The notes: a model not told the origin generated them from the sequence alone. A stretch of DNA of 64,000 nucleotides from Armatimonadota bacterium (GCA_046292385.1 JBKBRF010000004.1:64001-128000), one strand, 5' to 3'; counted from the stretch's first letter, positions 40,702 through 51,020 are shown. A program made the numbers and translations.

Positions 40702-41751
40702 GTGTCGTTCCTTCGCTCCTCGAAACCTGGACGCCTCACCCGCCGTACCCTGCTGGGTGCGGCGGCGGCTGGCGCGGGGTTCGCGTCGCTCCGCCCGGCC
40801 GCTGCGGCGCCTCCGTCCCCGGTCTGGGCGGTTGCCTACTCGCCGGACGGCAAGCTCCTCGCCGCCGGGCGCTACCGGGAGGTGCTCGTCTGGCGGCTGG
40901 GGGATCCGGGGGCACGGCCCTCGATCGTCTGGAACGAAGCTCCGGGGCCGGTGCGCGGCCTCGCGTGGAGCCCGGACGGAACCCGCCTGGCCGCCGCGAC
41001 GGGACGCCCGGGGCAAACCGGCGAGGTAGCGGTGATCCACGGCGCCCACCAGCCGCCGCTGGGCGGCGAGTACCCGGTCCACCTCTACAAAGAGCACAAA
41101 GACGTGGTAGAGGGGATCGCCTTCGCCTCCGAGGGCCGCGTGCTGCTCACCGCGGGGCTGGACGACCGAGCGCTGGCGCTCCAGATGGAGCCGCGCAAGC
41201 CGCTCGCCACGATGGGGGACCACACCGGGCGCGTCACCGCGATCGCCGTCTCCCCCAACGGCAAGTACGTCGCGACCGGCAGCCTGGATCGGACTGTCAA
41301 GATCTGGAGCGCCGCGGACTACCTTCCGCTCGCCAACGTCGACGGCAGCGTCGGGCCGGTCACCGCCCTCGTCTTCATTCCGGGGAACGACCAGTTCGCC
41401 GTGGCGGGCGAAGAGGGGAACGTGCGCCTCTTCCGCGTCGTGGAGCAGCGCTCCGGCGGGCAGGTCGGCGTCAACGGCGCCTTCGTCCGGCAGATCAACG
41501 GGAACCGAACGCCGGTCAACTGCCTGGCGGTCGCCGCGAAGGGCACCCTCCTGGCGATCGGCGGCGAGGACCGGGTGGTCCACCTCTACGACTCCGCCAA
41601 CGGACGGCGCCTGCAGCAGCTCAAAGACTCGCCGGAGCCGATCTACGGGGTAGCGCTCTCCCCGGATGCGTCCCAGGTGGCGGCGGGAAGCCGCGACGGT
41701 AAGGTCCGGATCTGGAGCGCGGCCGACGGCAAGCTTCTGCACACGCTCTAA
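40702..41751 (+). CDS. Exported WD40-repeat protein
   Basis: TRRTLLG Tat-like signal and about seven WD40 repeats (AYSPDGK, HTGRVTAIAVSPNG, GSLDRTVKIW, GSRDGKVRIW). Confidence 0.9.
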   Translation: MSFLRSSKPGRLTRRTLLGAAAAGAGFASLRPAAAAPPSPVWAVAYSPDGKLLAAGRYREVLVWRLGDPGARPSIVWNEAPGPVRGLAWSPDGTRLAAATGRPGQTGEVAVIHGAHQPPLGGEYPVHLYKEHKDVVEGIAFASEGRVLLTAGLDDRALALQMEPRKPLATMGDHTGRVTAIAVSPNGKYVATGSLDRTVKIWSAADYLPLANVDGSVGPVTALVFIPGNDQFAVAGEEGNVRLFRVVEQRSGGQVGVNGAFVRQINGNRTPVNCLAVAAKGTLLAIGGEDRVVHLYDSANGRRLQQLKDSPEPIYGVALSPDASQVAAGSRDGKVRIWSAADGKLLHTL

Positions 41752-41779
41752 CTCGCTCTCCTGAAGTAGCTCCGATCCT

Positions 41780-43948
41780 ATGCGAACGCCAGCGGTAACC
41801 GGTCTCCTCTTCGCCTTCGCGCTCGTGGCTCCCGCCTGGTCCCAGGCGCTGCCGCGCATTGCGGCGCTCTACCCGCCGGGAGCCCGTGCCGGCAGCACGC
41901 TCGACGTGGCGATCCGCGGCGGCGGCCTGGACGGCGCGCACTCGATCCTCGTGGAGGGGAGCGGTCTCACAGCGACGCTGAACGCGGCCGACGTGAAGGT
42001 CGATCCCGAAGATCAGAAGGTCTTCACCGCCAAGTGCGGCCTCTGCCACGAGCTGCGCGGCCCGGCGAACATCAGCCGCACGGCCGACCAGTGGGTGGCG
42101 ACGGTCGACCGCATGATCCGGGACCGGAGCGCGCCGATCGAGCCCGCGGAGCGGGAGAAGATCGTCAATTACATGCGCGCCGCCGCGCGGGCCGCCGCCG
42201 GTCTGACGGCGCGGATCACCGTCGCGCCGGACGCCGCGCCGGGACGTCGGGAGCTGCGAGTGGTGGGCGCCAACGGCGCCTCTACGATCTTCCCGTTCGA
42301 AGTGACTGCGGAGCCGGAAGCGCTGGAAGTGGAGCCGAACGACGAGCCGGCGAAGGCGCCGAGCATCAGCCTGCCGGTGACGATCAGCGGCCAGCTGGGC
42401 GCGGCGCGGGACACCGACAGCTTTGCGTTCGACGCGAAGCAAGGCCAGCGGCTCGTCTTCAACTGCAGCGCCTACCGCCTGAACGCCGCCAGCCAGGAGT
42501 ACTTCTATCCGGTGCTGCTGCTCTACGACGCGCAGGGCCGGGAGCTGGCGAAGAACCAGGGCTACTTCGACCTCGACCCGCTGATCGACTGGACCGCCCC
42601 GGCGGACGGCCGCTACGTGGTGCAGGTGCGGGACATGCTCTACCGCGGCTCGCCCGCCACGATCTACCGCCTCACCGCCGGCGCGCTCCCGTACAACACC
42701 TACCTGTTCCCTGCGGGCGGGCAGGCGGGCGCCACCACCACCGCGACGCTGGCCGGGGAGAACATGGCGCCGGTGGAAGTGCCGGTGGCGATCCCCGGAG
42801 ATGCTTCCCCGGGCCTGCGGATGATCAGCACGCCGCGCGGCCTGTTCCCGTTCGTGGTCGGCCGGGGCGCCGAGCTGACGGAGAGCAGCGAGAATACCGT
42901 GATCCCGGCATTTCCGGTGAACTTGAACGGCCGGCTGGAGGCGGCGGACCAGCCGGACCGCTACTCCTTCCACCTGGAGAAGGATCAGCTCGGCACCTTC
43001 AGCTTCGAGATCTTCGCGGACCGGATCGCTTCTCCGGTGGTGGGGCGTCTGGTGCTGCGCGATGCCAAGGGGCAGGTGCTGCAGACCGCCGCCTCCAACG
43101 CGGGGCAGCCGGACCCGCGGCTCGACTATACCTTTGGCAGCGCCGGCGACTACGTGCTGGAGGTCTCCGACGCCGCCGGGAAGCACGGGCCCGCCCACGT
43201 CTACCGGGTGGCCGCCGGACCGGCGGAGCCGGACTTCGAGCTCACCCTCAGCCCGGACAACCCGAACCTGAGCCCGGGTGCCTCGGTCTACCTCGCCGTG
43301 AACGTGCGTCGGCGCGTGAACGTCACGGGCGAGATCGAGGTGACGTTCCCGAAGCTTCCGGCCGGGGTCACCGCCAGCCGCTGCGTCGTCCCCGCCGGCG
43401 AAGGCCGCGGTCACATGGTGCTCACCGCCGCGCCGGACGCCAAACCGGGAACGGTGCTGGCGGTCTCCGCGCGTGGAACGGCGGAGGTGGGCGGCCGGAC
43501 GGTCGTGCGGGACGCGATCCCGGTGGAGATCTTCAGGATCAATAACAATCCGGTCTCTTCCTTCCGCTCGCACATGGTCGTCAGCGTCGGCAGCGAGTCC
43601 GGCTGGCGCGTGACGCTGGCCCCGAAGAGCACCCGGCTTTCGGCCGGGGATGAGCCGATCGAGGTGGTGGCGCGGATCGACCGCCGCGGCGCGGGCGGCA
43701 ACATTGCCTTCGGAGTGGTGGGCGCGCCGAACGGAGTGCGCGTGCCGGGAACGATCGTCTTCCGGAATGGGAGCGACGAAGCTACCTTCACCATCACCCC
43801 GACCAACGGTGGCATCTTCTCCCGGAACGGTGAAAAGCCGGCGCCAGAGAGGAAGTTCATGCTGATGCTGGTAAATGGTCAGGAAGGCACGCAGATGCAG
43901 ATGTGCAGCCCCCCGATCGAGATCACCGCCAATCCCGCCGCACCGTAG
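41780..43948 (+). CDS. PPC (pre-peptidase C-terminal)-repeat protein with inserted monoheme cytochrome c domain
   Basis: LYPPGARAGS, EVEPND, DTDSFAFDAKQGQ, DGRYVVQVRD, GDYVLEVSD, and an insert containing CGLCH...WVATVDRM. Confidence 0.82.
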   Translation: MRTPAVTGLLFAFALVAPAWSQALPRIAALYPPGARAGSTLDVAIRGGGLDGAHSILVEGSGLTATLNAADVKVDPEDQKVFTAKCGLCHELRGPANISRTADQWVATVDRMIRDRSAPIEPAEREKIVNYMRAAARAAAGLTARITVAPDAAPGRRELRVVGANGASTIFPFEVTAEPEALEVEPNDEPAKAPSISLPVTISGQLGAARDTDSFAFDAKQGQRLVFNCSAYRLNAASQEYFYPVLLLYDAQGRELAKNQGYFDLDPLIDWTAPADGRYVVQVRDMLYRGSPATIYRLTAGALPYNTYLFPAGGQAGATTTATLAGENMAPVEVPVAIPGDASPGLRMISTPRGLFPFVVGRGAELTESSENTVIPAFPVNLNGRLEAADQPDRYSFHLEKDQLGTFSFEIFADRIASPVVGRLVLRDAKGQVLQTAASNAGQPDPRLDYTFGSAGDYVLEVSDAAGKHGPAHVYRVAAGPAEPDFELTLSPDNPNLSPGASVYLAVNVRRRVNVTGEIEVTFPKLPAGVTASRCVVPAGEGRGHMVLTAAPDAKPGTVLAVSARGTAEVGGRTVVRDAIPVEIFRINNNPVSSFRSHMVVSVGSESGWRVTLAPKSTRLSAGDEPIEVVARIDRRGAGGNIAFGVVGAPNGVRVPGTIVFRNGSDEATFTITPTNGGIFSRNGEKPAPERKFMLMLVNGQEGTQMQMCSPPIEITANPAAP

Positions 43949-43975
43949 GGGGTGGGCGAGAAGGTCTGCCGGGTT

Positions 43976-44029
43976 CCCGCCTCGGACTGAAGTCGAGGCT
44001 ACTGAGAGCGAAGCCCGCCTGCGCGGGCT
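43976..44029 (-). repeat. REP-like palindromic element with GTAG motif, copy 2
   Basis: Reverse complement of 20185-20238, differing only in the short spacer. Confidence 0.8.
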
Positions 44030-44110
44030 AAGACCTGCCGGTCCGAAAAGCTCGCGCTACTTCCTTCCTACCCCATCGCCGCTGTTCGCTCCCGCGCTCT
44101 CCCGAAACCG

Positions 44111-45421
44111 ATGAACGTGCTGTGGGTGGTGATCGACTGCCTGCGCCGGGACCACCTCGGCTGCTACGGTTACCACCGTCCGACGTCGCCGCATCTCGAC
44201 CGGCTGGCGCGGGAGTGCGTGCTCTTCGACCAGCTCATCAGCCCCCACATCCCGACGCAGCCGGCGCATACCACCCTTTTTTCCGGTCGAGACGTTTTCG
44301 CCCACCGGATCGTGGCGCAGGGCGGCCGTCAGGAGCTCGACCCGGCGGTCCGCCTGCTGCCGTCACTCCTGCGAGATCGGGGCTGGTTCACGGCGGCGGT
44401 CGACAACATCGGGCGCTGGATCGAGCCGGCGTTCGAGCGGTACGAGATGTATCCGCGCTGGAATCACGACGGCAGCCTGCCGTGGCGGAACGGCGAGGAG
44501 GTGACCCGGCTGGCACTGGAGATCCTGGCGGAGACCCGGCGCGACGCGGCCCGGCCGTTCTTCCTCTTTCTCCACTACTGGGACCCGCACACCCCATACC
44601 TGCCGCCGCCGCCGTTCGACCGCATGTTCTACACCGGGGACGAGCTGGATCCGTCCCATACCGGCATGGAGCCGGTCTGGCGCTCCCCCTGGTTTGCCAA
44701 CTACTTCTCCGAGTGGCTGGAAGGGGTCCGCGACATCGAGTTCGTGAAGGCGCAGTACGACGCGAGCATCGCCTACGCCGATCGCTGCCTGGCCGACGTC
44801 TTCCAGCGCCTGGACGAGCTCGACCTCTGGGACGACACCCTGGTGCTGGTGCAGTCGGATCACGGGGAGGAGCTGGACGATCACGGCTGCTGGTTCGACC
44901 ACCACGGGCTCTACGATACGAACGTCCGCGTGCCGCTGCTGCTGCGGCTCCCCGGCCGCAAGCACGCGGGGCGGCGCGTGCCGGTGCTCGCCTCGGTCAC
45001 CGATCTCGCCCCCACCGTCCTCGATCTACTCGGCCTGCCGGGAGTGGCGGAGGGGATGGACGGCGACTCGCTCCTGCCGGCGATCGGGCGTAACGCGACC
45101 GCGCGGGAGCACGTCTACCTCACCGAGTGCACCTGGATGCGGAAGCGCGGCTGGCGGACCGCGGAGTGGAAGCTCATCGAGGCGCTGGAGCCGGACATCT
45201 ACGGGAAGCCGCCCCTCGAGCTCTACCACCTGGGCGGGGACCCGGAAGAGCAGCGGAACCTGGCGGAAGCGGAGCCGGAAGTGGTAGCGAGGCTCCGATC
45301 AGCGAGGGACGCGCACGTGGCACGCCGGCTGGCGGAGACCGGCGGCGTCGATCCGGTGGTCGATCAGGCCGACGCGCTCCGGATCTGGCAACCACGGTTC
45401 ATAGCGGGCAAGAAGGGGTAA
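44111..45421 (+). CDS. Sulfatase-fold hydrolase (alkaline phosphatase superfamily) with non-canonical active-site motif
   Basis: NVLWVVIDCLRRDHLGCYG, PFFLFLHYWDPHTPY, SDHGE, DHH. TQPAH stands where C/SxPxR is expected. Confidence 0.85.
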   Translation: MNVLWVVIDCLRRDHLGCYGYHRPTSPHLDRLARECVLFDQLISPHIPTQPAHTTLFSGRDVFAHRIVAQGGRQELDPAVRLLPSLLRDRGWFTAAVDNIGRWIEPAFERYEMYPRWNHDGSLPWRNGEEVTRLALEILAETRRDAARPFFLFLHYWDPHTPYLPPPPFDRMFYTGDELDPSHTGMEPVWRSPWFANYFSEWLEGVRDIEFVKAQYDASIAYADRCLADVFQRLDELDLWDDTLVLVQSDHGEELDDHGCWFDHHGLYDTNVRVPLLLRLPGRKHAGRRVPVLASVTDLAPTVLDLLGLPGVAEGMDGDSLLPAIGRNATAREHVYLTECTWMRKRGWRTAEWKLIEALEPDIYGKPPLELYHLGGDPEEQRNLAEAEPEVVARLRSARDAHVARRLAETGGVDPVVDQADALRIWQPRFIAGKKG

Positions 45422-45573
45422 CCATGGATGTGCCGGGGAGAGCAATCCCCTCCCGGCTCCGCCCATCGGCCCGGCACTCGTCAAGAAGTGCCCACTAGTT
45501 GCCCTGACGGGCGTATGCTACACTGTTTTCCGCCTCGACTCGGACCGCCCGCCCGGTAGCTCCGGAGGATCCA

Positions 45574-47460
45574 ATGAGCAGTAGGGTTCCCCGACCACCC
45601 GCCAGTCGCATCTTTCAGATTCTCGTGCCTCTTGGTCTTCTCGCCAGCACGGCCGCGGTGGTCGCGCGAGATGCGGAAGAGGGGAGCGTTCTCCCCCCGG
45701 CTGCCCCCCGGTCCGACTCCGCCGCTGCCGCCCCGCCGGCTGATCCCGCGGCTCCGGCGCTGAAGGTGAAGAAGGGGCTCCAGGTGGCGCTCCTCGGAGT
45801 CGGGGCGGAGCCATATACCTGGCTCAAGCCGGGGCGGCTTCCGAAGACGTTCCTGACGAACGGCGCGGAGGGGCTCGATCTCCGCGCGGAGGCGAAGCTC
45901 GCCGGTCCGGCCGATCTGCTGAAGCGCGTGGTCTGGGAGATCCTCCCTCCCGCCGGCTTCCAGGTGCCGGCCGGCACGGTGCTGACCGGCCCCCGCCTCT
46001 CCCTCCGCCTGCAGCGGCCCGGCGGAAACCCGACCGGCCAGGGTGAGCCGCTCATCCTGACGGTGACCGCGCGCATCCCCGACGGCGACAGCGAGTATCG
46101 GGAGAGCGTGACGGTGATGCAAGACCTGCGCGACCGCCTGCGACAGGAATATGTCGACCTGGCGCGAAGCTGGGTGCCGGCGCGGGCCGACCTGATGGAC
46201 GAGACCGAGTTCCAGCGCCGCTTCGGCAAGAAGTACCCGGGCGTCGCGTTCAGCGAGATCAACTTCAGCCGGATCCCCGGCCGGGGCGAGGAGCGGTATC
46301 CGGTGGTGCTCGCCGCGGAAGAGCTGGTCAGCTCGCTCCATCGCATGGAGAAGATCTACGGCCGGGAGCTGATTGTCTCCAGCGGCTTCCGCAATCCGGT
46401 GCGGCAGGTGGAGGTGCACGGCTCCGTGGCGGAAAGCCACCACCAGTACGGGCGTGCGGCCGATCTCTATGTGGTGCCGGACAGCGCGCCGCCGAAGACG
46501 GGCCGGGACGTGGCCTGGCCGAATGACTGGCTGCGTCTCGCCGCGGCGGCGGTCCGCGGGGGCGGCGCCTGGATCGAGCCGATGGAAGTGTGCAACGTGA
46601 ACACGGCGGGGTGCCACGTGCACGTCGACGTGCGGCCTTCCGGCGCCCGCAGCCAGGTCGTGCGGGTGAACGGCACCGTGCAGGACGAGGCGGGCCGTCC
46701 GATCGTCGGCGCTACGGTGAAGCTCGCCGGGATGCCCGCCACGACCGACGAGCGGGGCGCCTACACGCTGAAGCACGTGCTGACGCCCCGGCAGTATGAG
46801 CTGGTGGTGGAGGCGGCGGGACGCGGCGAGATCAAGCAGACGGTGAATGTCTCCGGAGAGACGCTGACCGCCTCCATCCGGGTGCCTTCCAACCCGCAGC
46901 CGTTCCTGGTGGCGCGCCTCGCCGGTGCGGAGCTCGCCTCTCGCGGCGGAACGGTCCAGATCGCCGTCCGCAACGCCGGCGGCTCCGCTGCGCGCCAGCT
47001 CGAGCTGGAGACCGCGGCGATGCACGAGCAGCCGCGCCCGCTCCCGGAGATGTCGCCGGAGGAGCTTCCGGCGCTCCAGCCGGGGGAAGAGGTGATGGTG
47101 AACGTAGAGGTGCCGGAGGCGACGCTGGCCGCGAGCGCGCTGAAGGGGAGCCGTCTCCCGCTGCAGCTCCGCCTGAGCTACCGCACCCCGGACGGCGTGC
47201 CGCGTGCCCAGCGCCTTCCGCTGGAGGTTGCGCTGCGGCAGTCGAAACCCGCGCAGGCTTCCGAGAAGAAGTCGTCCGGACCCGAAGCGGGCACGCTGGC
47301 GGGCGGGGCGGTGGCCGGCGGTGTAGCGGCTGCGGCGGCCGCGGCGACCGCGAAGCGGCGGAGCGCGAAGAAAGAAGCCCCCGCCGAACCCGAGAAGCCG
47401 GCCGCCGAAGCGGAGTCCTCGATCCTGCCGGAGAACGTTACCGCGCCCCAGCCGGAGTAG
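45574..47460 (+). CDS. Peptidase M15 (D-Ala-D-Ala metallopeptidase-like) domain protein with carboxypeptidase-regulatory-like domain
   Basis: Signal peptide, SSGFRNP, SHHQYGRAADL, HVHVDVR and GTVQDEAGRPIVGATV...TTDERGAYTL. Confidence 0.8.
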   Translation: MSSRVPRPPASRIFQILVPLGLLASTAAVVARDAEEGSVLPPAAPRSDSAAAAPPADPAAPALKVKKGLQVALLGVGAEPYTWLKPGRLPKTFLTNGAEGLDLRAEAKLAGPADLLKRVVWEILPPAGFQVPAGTVLTGPRLSLRLQRPGGNPTGQGEPLILTVTARIPDGDSEYRESVTVMQDLRDRLRQEYVDLARSWVPARADLMDETEFQRRFGKKYPGVAFSEINFSRIPGRGEERYPVVLAAEELVSSLHRMEKIYGRELIVSSGFRNPVRQVEVHGSVAESHHQYGRAADLYVVPDSAPPKTGRDVAWPNDWLRLAAAAVRGGGAWIEPMEVCNVNTAGCHVHVDVRPSGARSQVVRVNGTVQDEAGRPIVGATVKLAGMPATTDERGAYTLKHVLTPRQYELVVEAAGRGEIKQTVNVSGETLTASIRVPSNPQPFLVARLAGAELASRGGTVQIAVRNAGGSAARQLELETAAMHEQPRPLPEMSPEELPALQPGEEVMVNVEVPEATLAASALKGSRLPLQLRLSYRTPDGVPRAQRLPLEVALRQSKPAQASEKKSSGPEAGTLAGGAVAGGVAAAAAAATAKRRSAKKEAPAEPEKPAAEAESSILPENVTAPQPE

Positions 47461-47492
47461 GGGCGCGGCGTTCACAAGATACTCACGCCAGG

Positions 47493-47532
47493 CTTCCCCG
47501 CCCTACTACCCAGCGGTGGGAGGGCGGGGAAG
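47493..47532. terminator. Hairpin between convergent genes
   Basis: cttccccgccct ... agggcggggaag inverted repeat between the stops at 47460 and 47539. No clear U tract. Confidence 0.45.
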
Positions 47533-47538
47533 TGACGG

Positions 47539-48120
47539 TCATGCCTCGAGGTCGGCCCAGACTTCCGCCAGGGGGAGCTCCAGACCCGGGAAGCTCTCCG
47601 ACGTCACCTGCTCGTCACCGCGGAATGTCCGCACGGTGGTGAAGCCAGCTTCCGTCCGGCGCCGCACTTCGAGAGTGCGCGCGTCGTAGTCGACGTACCA
47701 CAGCTCTTCCAGGCCGGCGCGGTGGAACAGGGCCTCGCGGTCCTCGCGGGAGGCCCGCAGGTTCGACGGTGAGAGCACCTCGACCGCGAGAGTCGCCTGC
47801 GTCACGCGCTCTCCGCGGTGGGTGGGCACCTGCTCCGGCCGGAGGTAGAGCAGATCCGGATCGAGGTAGTTGTGCGCGCCGTAGTAGATCCCGGTCTGCG
47901 CACTGAGGATCCGGCCCAACTTGCGGGCACGCACCCACGGACTGAGGAGATCGGCCAGGTTCTGCGCCACGGCGCCGTGCGGCCAGGCGGGCATCGGAGC
48001 CATGTAGACCACTCCCTCCACGAGCTCATAGCGGTATCCCGCCGGAAGCCCATCCAACTCCTCAGCGCGCCAGACGTGATCGGATACCGTGGTGGTTCGC
48101 TGCAAGACCGCTTGCGCCAT
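47539..48120 (-). CDS. Uma2 family (PD-D/ExK) endonuclease
   Basis: RYELVEG, PxxxHG, LDPDLLY, LAVEVLSPS, ELWYVD, FPGLELPLAEVW. Confidence 0.88.
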   Translation of the reverse strand: MAQAVLQRTTTVSDHVWRAEELDGLPAGYRYELVEGVVYMAPMPAWPHGAVAQNLADLLSPWVRARKLGRILSAQTGIYYGAHNYLDPDLLYLRPEQVPTHRGERVTQATLAVEVLSPSNLRASREDREALFHRAGLEELWYVDYDARTLEVRRRTEAGFTTVRTFRGDEQVTSESFPGLELPLAEVWADLEA

Positions 48121-48151
48121 GTCGCCGCTCCTGGACCCTGGACCCTGGACC

Positions 48152-49387
48152 CTAAGCAGGATCTTCCCACTTTCCGTCGGCCTTGATCAGGGCGATCAGC
48201 TCCTCTACGCCGCGGTCGGCGGGGATCATGTTCTTCACCACCTCGCGGCCGCGGTAGAGGGAGATCAGGTTCATGCCCTTGCCGACGTAGCCGTAGTCGG
48301 CGTCGGCCATCTCGCCCGGGCCGTTGACGATGCAGCCCATGACGGCGATGTTCAGGCCCTTCAGGTGCCCGGTCGCCTGCCGCACTTCGTTGAGTACCGT
48401 GGGGAGGTCGAACTTGGTCCGGCCGCAGCTCGGGCAGGCGATGAACTCCGTCTTGGTGCGCCGCAGCCCGAGGCCCTGGAGGATGTCGTAGCAGACGGTG
48501 ATCTCGTTCACCGGGTCCTCGGAGAGTGAGACCCGAATGGTGTCGCCGATCCCCTCGGAGAGGAGCGTGGCGATGCCCGCGGTCGACTTGATCCGCGCGT
48601 ACATCCCGTCGCCCGCCTCGGTGACGCCGAGGTGGAGCGGATAGCTCATGCCGCGCTCTTCCATGCGGCGCACCATCAGCCGGTTCGCCTGGATCATCAC
48701 CGGCACCCGCGAGGCCTTGAGCGATACGACGATATTCCGGAAGTCGTGCCGCTCGCAGATCTCGATGAACTCCAGGGCCGACTGAACCATGCCCTCCGGC
48801 GTGTCGCCGTACATCACCGTCAGGCGGTCCGAGAGGGAGCCGTGGTTGACTCCGATCCGCAGGGCGATGTCCCGCTCCTTCAGCCGCTGGATCAGCGGGA
48901 CGAGCGACTCCTCGATGGCGGCACGGGCCTCGGCGATCTCCTCGTCGGTGTACTCGAAACCGGCGCTGCGCTTGCGAAAGACGTAGAGGCCCGGGTTGAT
49001 CCGGATCTTGTCGACGTAGTTCGCTACCTCCAGCGCGATCTGTTGGCCTTCGTGGTGCACGTCGGCGACCAGCGGCACGGAGACGCCGCGGCGCTCCAAC
49101 TCGGCGCGGATGTCGCCGATCGCGTGTGCGTCCCGCAGGCTGGGCGCCGTGACGCGCACTAGCTCGCAGCCCGCCTCGGCAAGCTGGATGATCTGCCGGA
49201 CCGCGGCCTCCGTATTACGGGTGTCCTCGGTGATCATCGACTGCACCAGCGCCGGCGCCATCCCGCCGATGGTGTGCGGCCCCACCTTGACCGGACGGGT
49301 CCAGCGGCGGGGATACTCCATCTCGGGAAGGCTCGCGGCGCTCTCCGGCGCGCCGGTGGGAGTGTTCAGCGTGATCAGGTCTAGCAC
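48152..49387 (-). CDS. ispG: (E)-4-hydroxy-3-methylbut-2-enyl-diphosphate synthase
   Basis: [70 protein letters not shown]. Confidence 0.96.
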   Translation of the reverse strand: MLDLITLNTPTGAPESAASLPEMEYPRRWTRPVKVGPHTIGGMAPALVQSMITEDTRNTEAAVRQIIQLAEAGCELVRVTAPSLRDAHAIGDIRAELERRGVSVPLVADVHHEGQQIALEVANYVDKIRINPGLYVFRKRSAGFEYTDEEIAEARAAIEESLVPLIQRLKERDIALRIGVNHGSLSDRLTVMYGDTPEGMVQSALEFIEICERHDFRNIVVSLKASRVPVMIQANRLMVRRMEERGMSYPLHLGVTEAGDGMYARIKSTAGIATLLSEGIGDTIRVSLSEDPVNEITVCYDILQGLGLRRTKTEFIACPSCGRTKFDLPTVLNEVRQATGHLKGLNIAVMGCIVNGPGEMADADYGYVGKGMNLISLYRGREVVKNMIPADRGVEELIALIKADGKWEDPA

Positions 49388-49556
49388 GTTCTCATCCTCT
49401 CGAGACGGGGTGGGGCAGGGGCGGTGGAGCGCCGCGGAGCGGGCAAAACAACCAGTAGATTATAGCCGGAAACGCGCAGCGCCTCCCGCGCCGGGTGGGC
49501 GGCGGGAGGCGCTGCGCTGCTCATGAGGCTCGCCCCGGGGGGTGGGGCGGGGGCCG

Positions 49557-50861
49557 TCAGGGGTCGAGCCGGAGGATGTAGAGTCCGCGGTTGATATCGC
49601 TGCCGAGGATGAGCCCATCTTCGGTGACGAAGACGCCCCAGAAGAGCGCGTTCTTCGGCTTGAAGGCGGCGAGAGCGCGGGGATGCTCCCGGTCCGCCAG
49701 GTCGAGCACGCGGATTCCGTCGCTGAACCAGGACATGTAAACGAGGTTGTCCTTCAGGACGGTGTTGTGGATGGAGTAGAGGCCGGGGCCGCGCTTGTTC
49801 CGGGAGTTCTTGGTGGCGTACTCGCTCAGCTTGCGCGGGTTGTCGACGTCGGAGATGTCCCACACCCGCAGGAAGCCCCAGGGGAACTTACCTTTCAGCG
49901 GGCTCAGGTTCTCGTCGGTAACGAGCATCAGGCTGTCGTCCGGCGAGAGATTGGTGGAGTGGGTGTTCCCTTCCGGGCCCGAGGGACGCAGGATATGGTG
50001 CTTCATGCGCGGGCGCGCGGGGTCGGTGAGGTCGAGGAAGACGGTGCCGGCGTCCCAGAACGAGATCACCGCCGTGTTGCCGGCTTCGTTTACGGTAGCG
50101 CTGTGCCCCCAGGGGAAGTGCCTGGAGCTGTCCTTGAACTTGCCGTCCTTGAACGCGCCCCAGTCCGCAATCTGGACCGGCTCTCGCGGGTTGGTCACCT
50201 CCACGATGCGGAAGTCGCCGTAGCTGCCCGCCTCTTCCGACTCCGGGGTCATCGCGCCGACGAACGCCCGGTCCCCCTGGCTGAAGAGGTAGAGCTCGTG
50301 GACGCCGCGGGCCTGATCGCTGCGCCGGACATCGCTGCGCCAGAACGCCAGGTGGCGAGGCTGGAACGGATCGGTCACGTCCCAGATCTCCATCCCGCGC
50401 TCGCCTGCCGTGCCATACGGGCACTGGATGCCGACTACCAGCAGGTCGCCGGTGAAGTAGGGCGTCTCGATGCGCCGGACCTCCAGGTCTTCGGCGGAAG
50501 TGCCGGGGATGCGGGCGACGCGGCCAATGGTCTTTGCCCTGGAGGGGTTGCGGATGTCGACGATCGCCACGCCCTGCGAGCTGGAGCCGACGTAGGCGAA
50601 GCCGTTGTGCGCCCACACGTCCGCCGTGTATCCGACCATGCTCACGTGACCGAGCTCGGCGATGCGCAGCTTCTCGCGCTGGGCCCGCTTCTTCGGAAGG
50701 CGCCTCACCTTCTTCGCGAGCTGCTTGGGCGGCATGCAGCAGGGGCATTTCTCCCGCTCGCCATCCGTGGAGTGGGCGCTTCCCGGGCCCGGCGCCACCA
50801 GCGCCGAGAGCGAGACCAGCGCCGCGGCTACGACGATTGCGCGCTGAAGTCGAGTCTTCAC
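49557..50861 (-). CDS. Secreted LVIVD-repeat (beta-propeller) protein
   Basis: Signal peptide and repeats GVAIVDIRNP, EIWDVTDP, FLDLTDP, RVWDISDVDNP, RVLDLAD. HSA/HST/HNT His motifs. Confidence 0.82.
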   Translation of the reverse strand: MKTRLQRAIVVAAALVSLSALVAPGPGSAHSTDGEREKCPCCMPPKQLAKKVRRLPKKRAQREKLRIAELGHVSMVGYTADVWAHNGFAYVGSSSQGVAIVDIRNPSRAKTIGRVARIPGTSAEDLEVRRIETPYFTGDLLVVGIQCPYGTAGERGMEIWDVTDPFQPRHLAFWRSDVRRSDQARGVHELYLFSQGDRAFVGAMTPESEEAGSYGDFRIVEVTNPREPVQIADWGAFKDGKFKDSSRHFPWGHSATVNEAGNTAVISFWDAGTVFLDLTDPARPRMKHHILRPSGPEGNTHSTNLSPDDSLMLVTDENLSPLKGKFPWGFLRVWDISDVDNPRKLSEYATKNSRNKRGPGLYSIHNTVLKDNLVYMSWFSDGIRVLDLADREHPRALAAFKPKNALFWGVFVTEDGLILGSDINRGLYILRLDP

Positions 50862-51020
50862 ACCTGCTCCTTCGGCCGGTCCGAGGGGTAGCGCCCGCTC
50901 GATCTCCCCGGGAGGGGCAGAAGGGGGAGCGCCAGGACCGGCTCACCCCCTATCATTGGCATACCAGACGGACTTCTCTAGCGGAGAGGCCGGTAATCGG
51001 TCTCCGCGCGTCTGCGGCAG

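Noticed and set aside
47539..48120. Uma2 nuclease as part of a defence system
   Set aside because: It is a solitary member of a family commonly expanded in such genomes, with no methylase or other defence genes adjacent.
50690..50760. CPCC motif and basic stretch at the N-terminus of the LVIVD protein as a metal or heme site
   Set aside because: It is not a CxxCH, and a single sequence gives no evidence of conservation.
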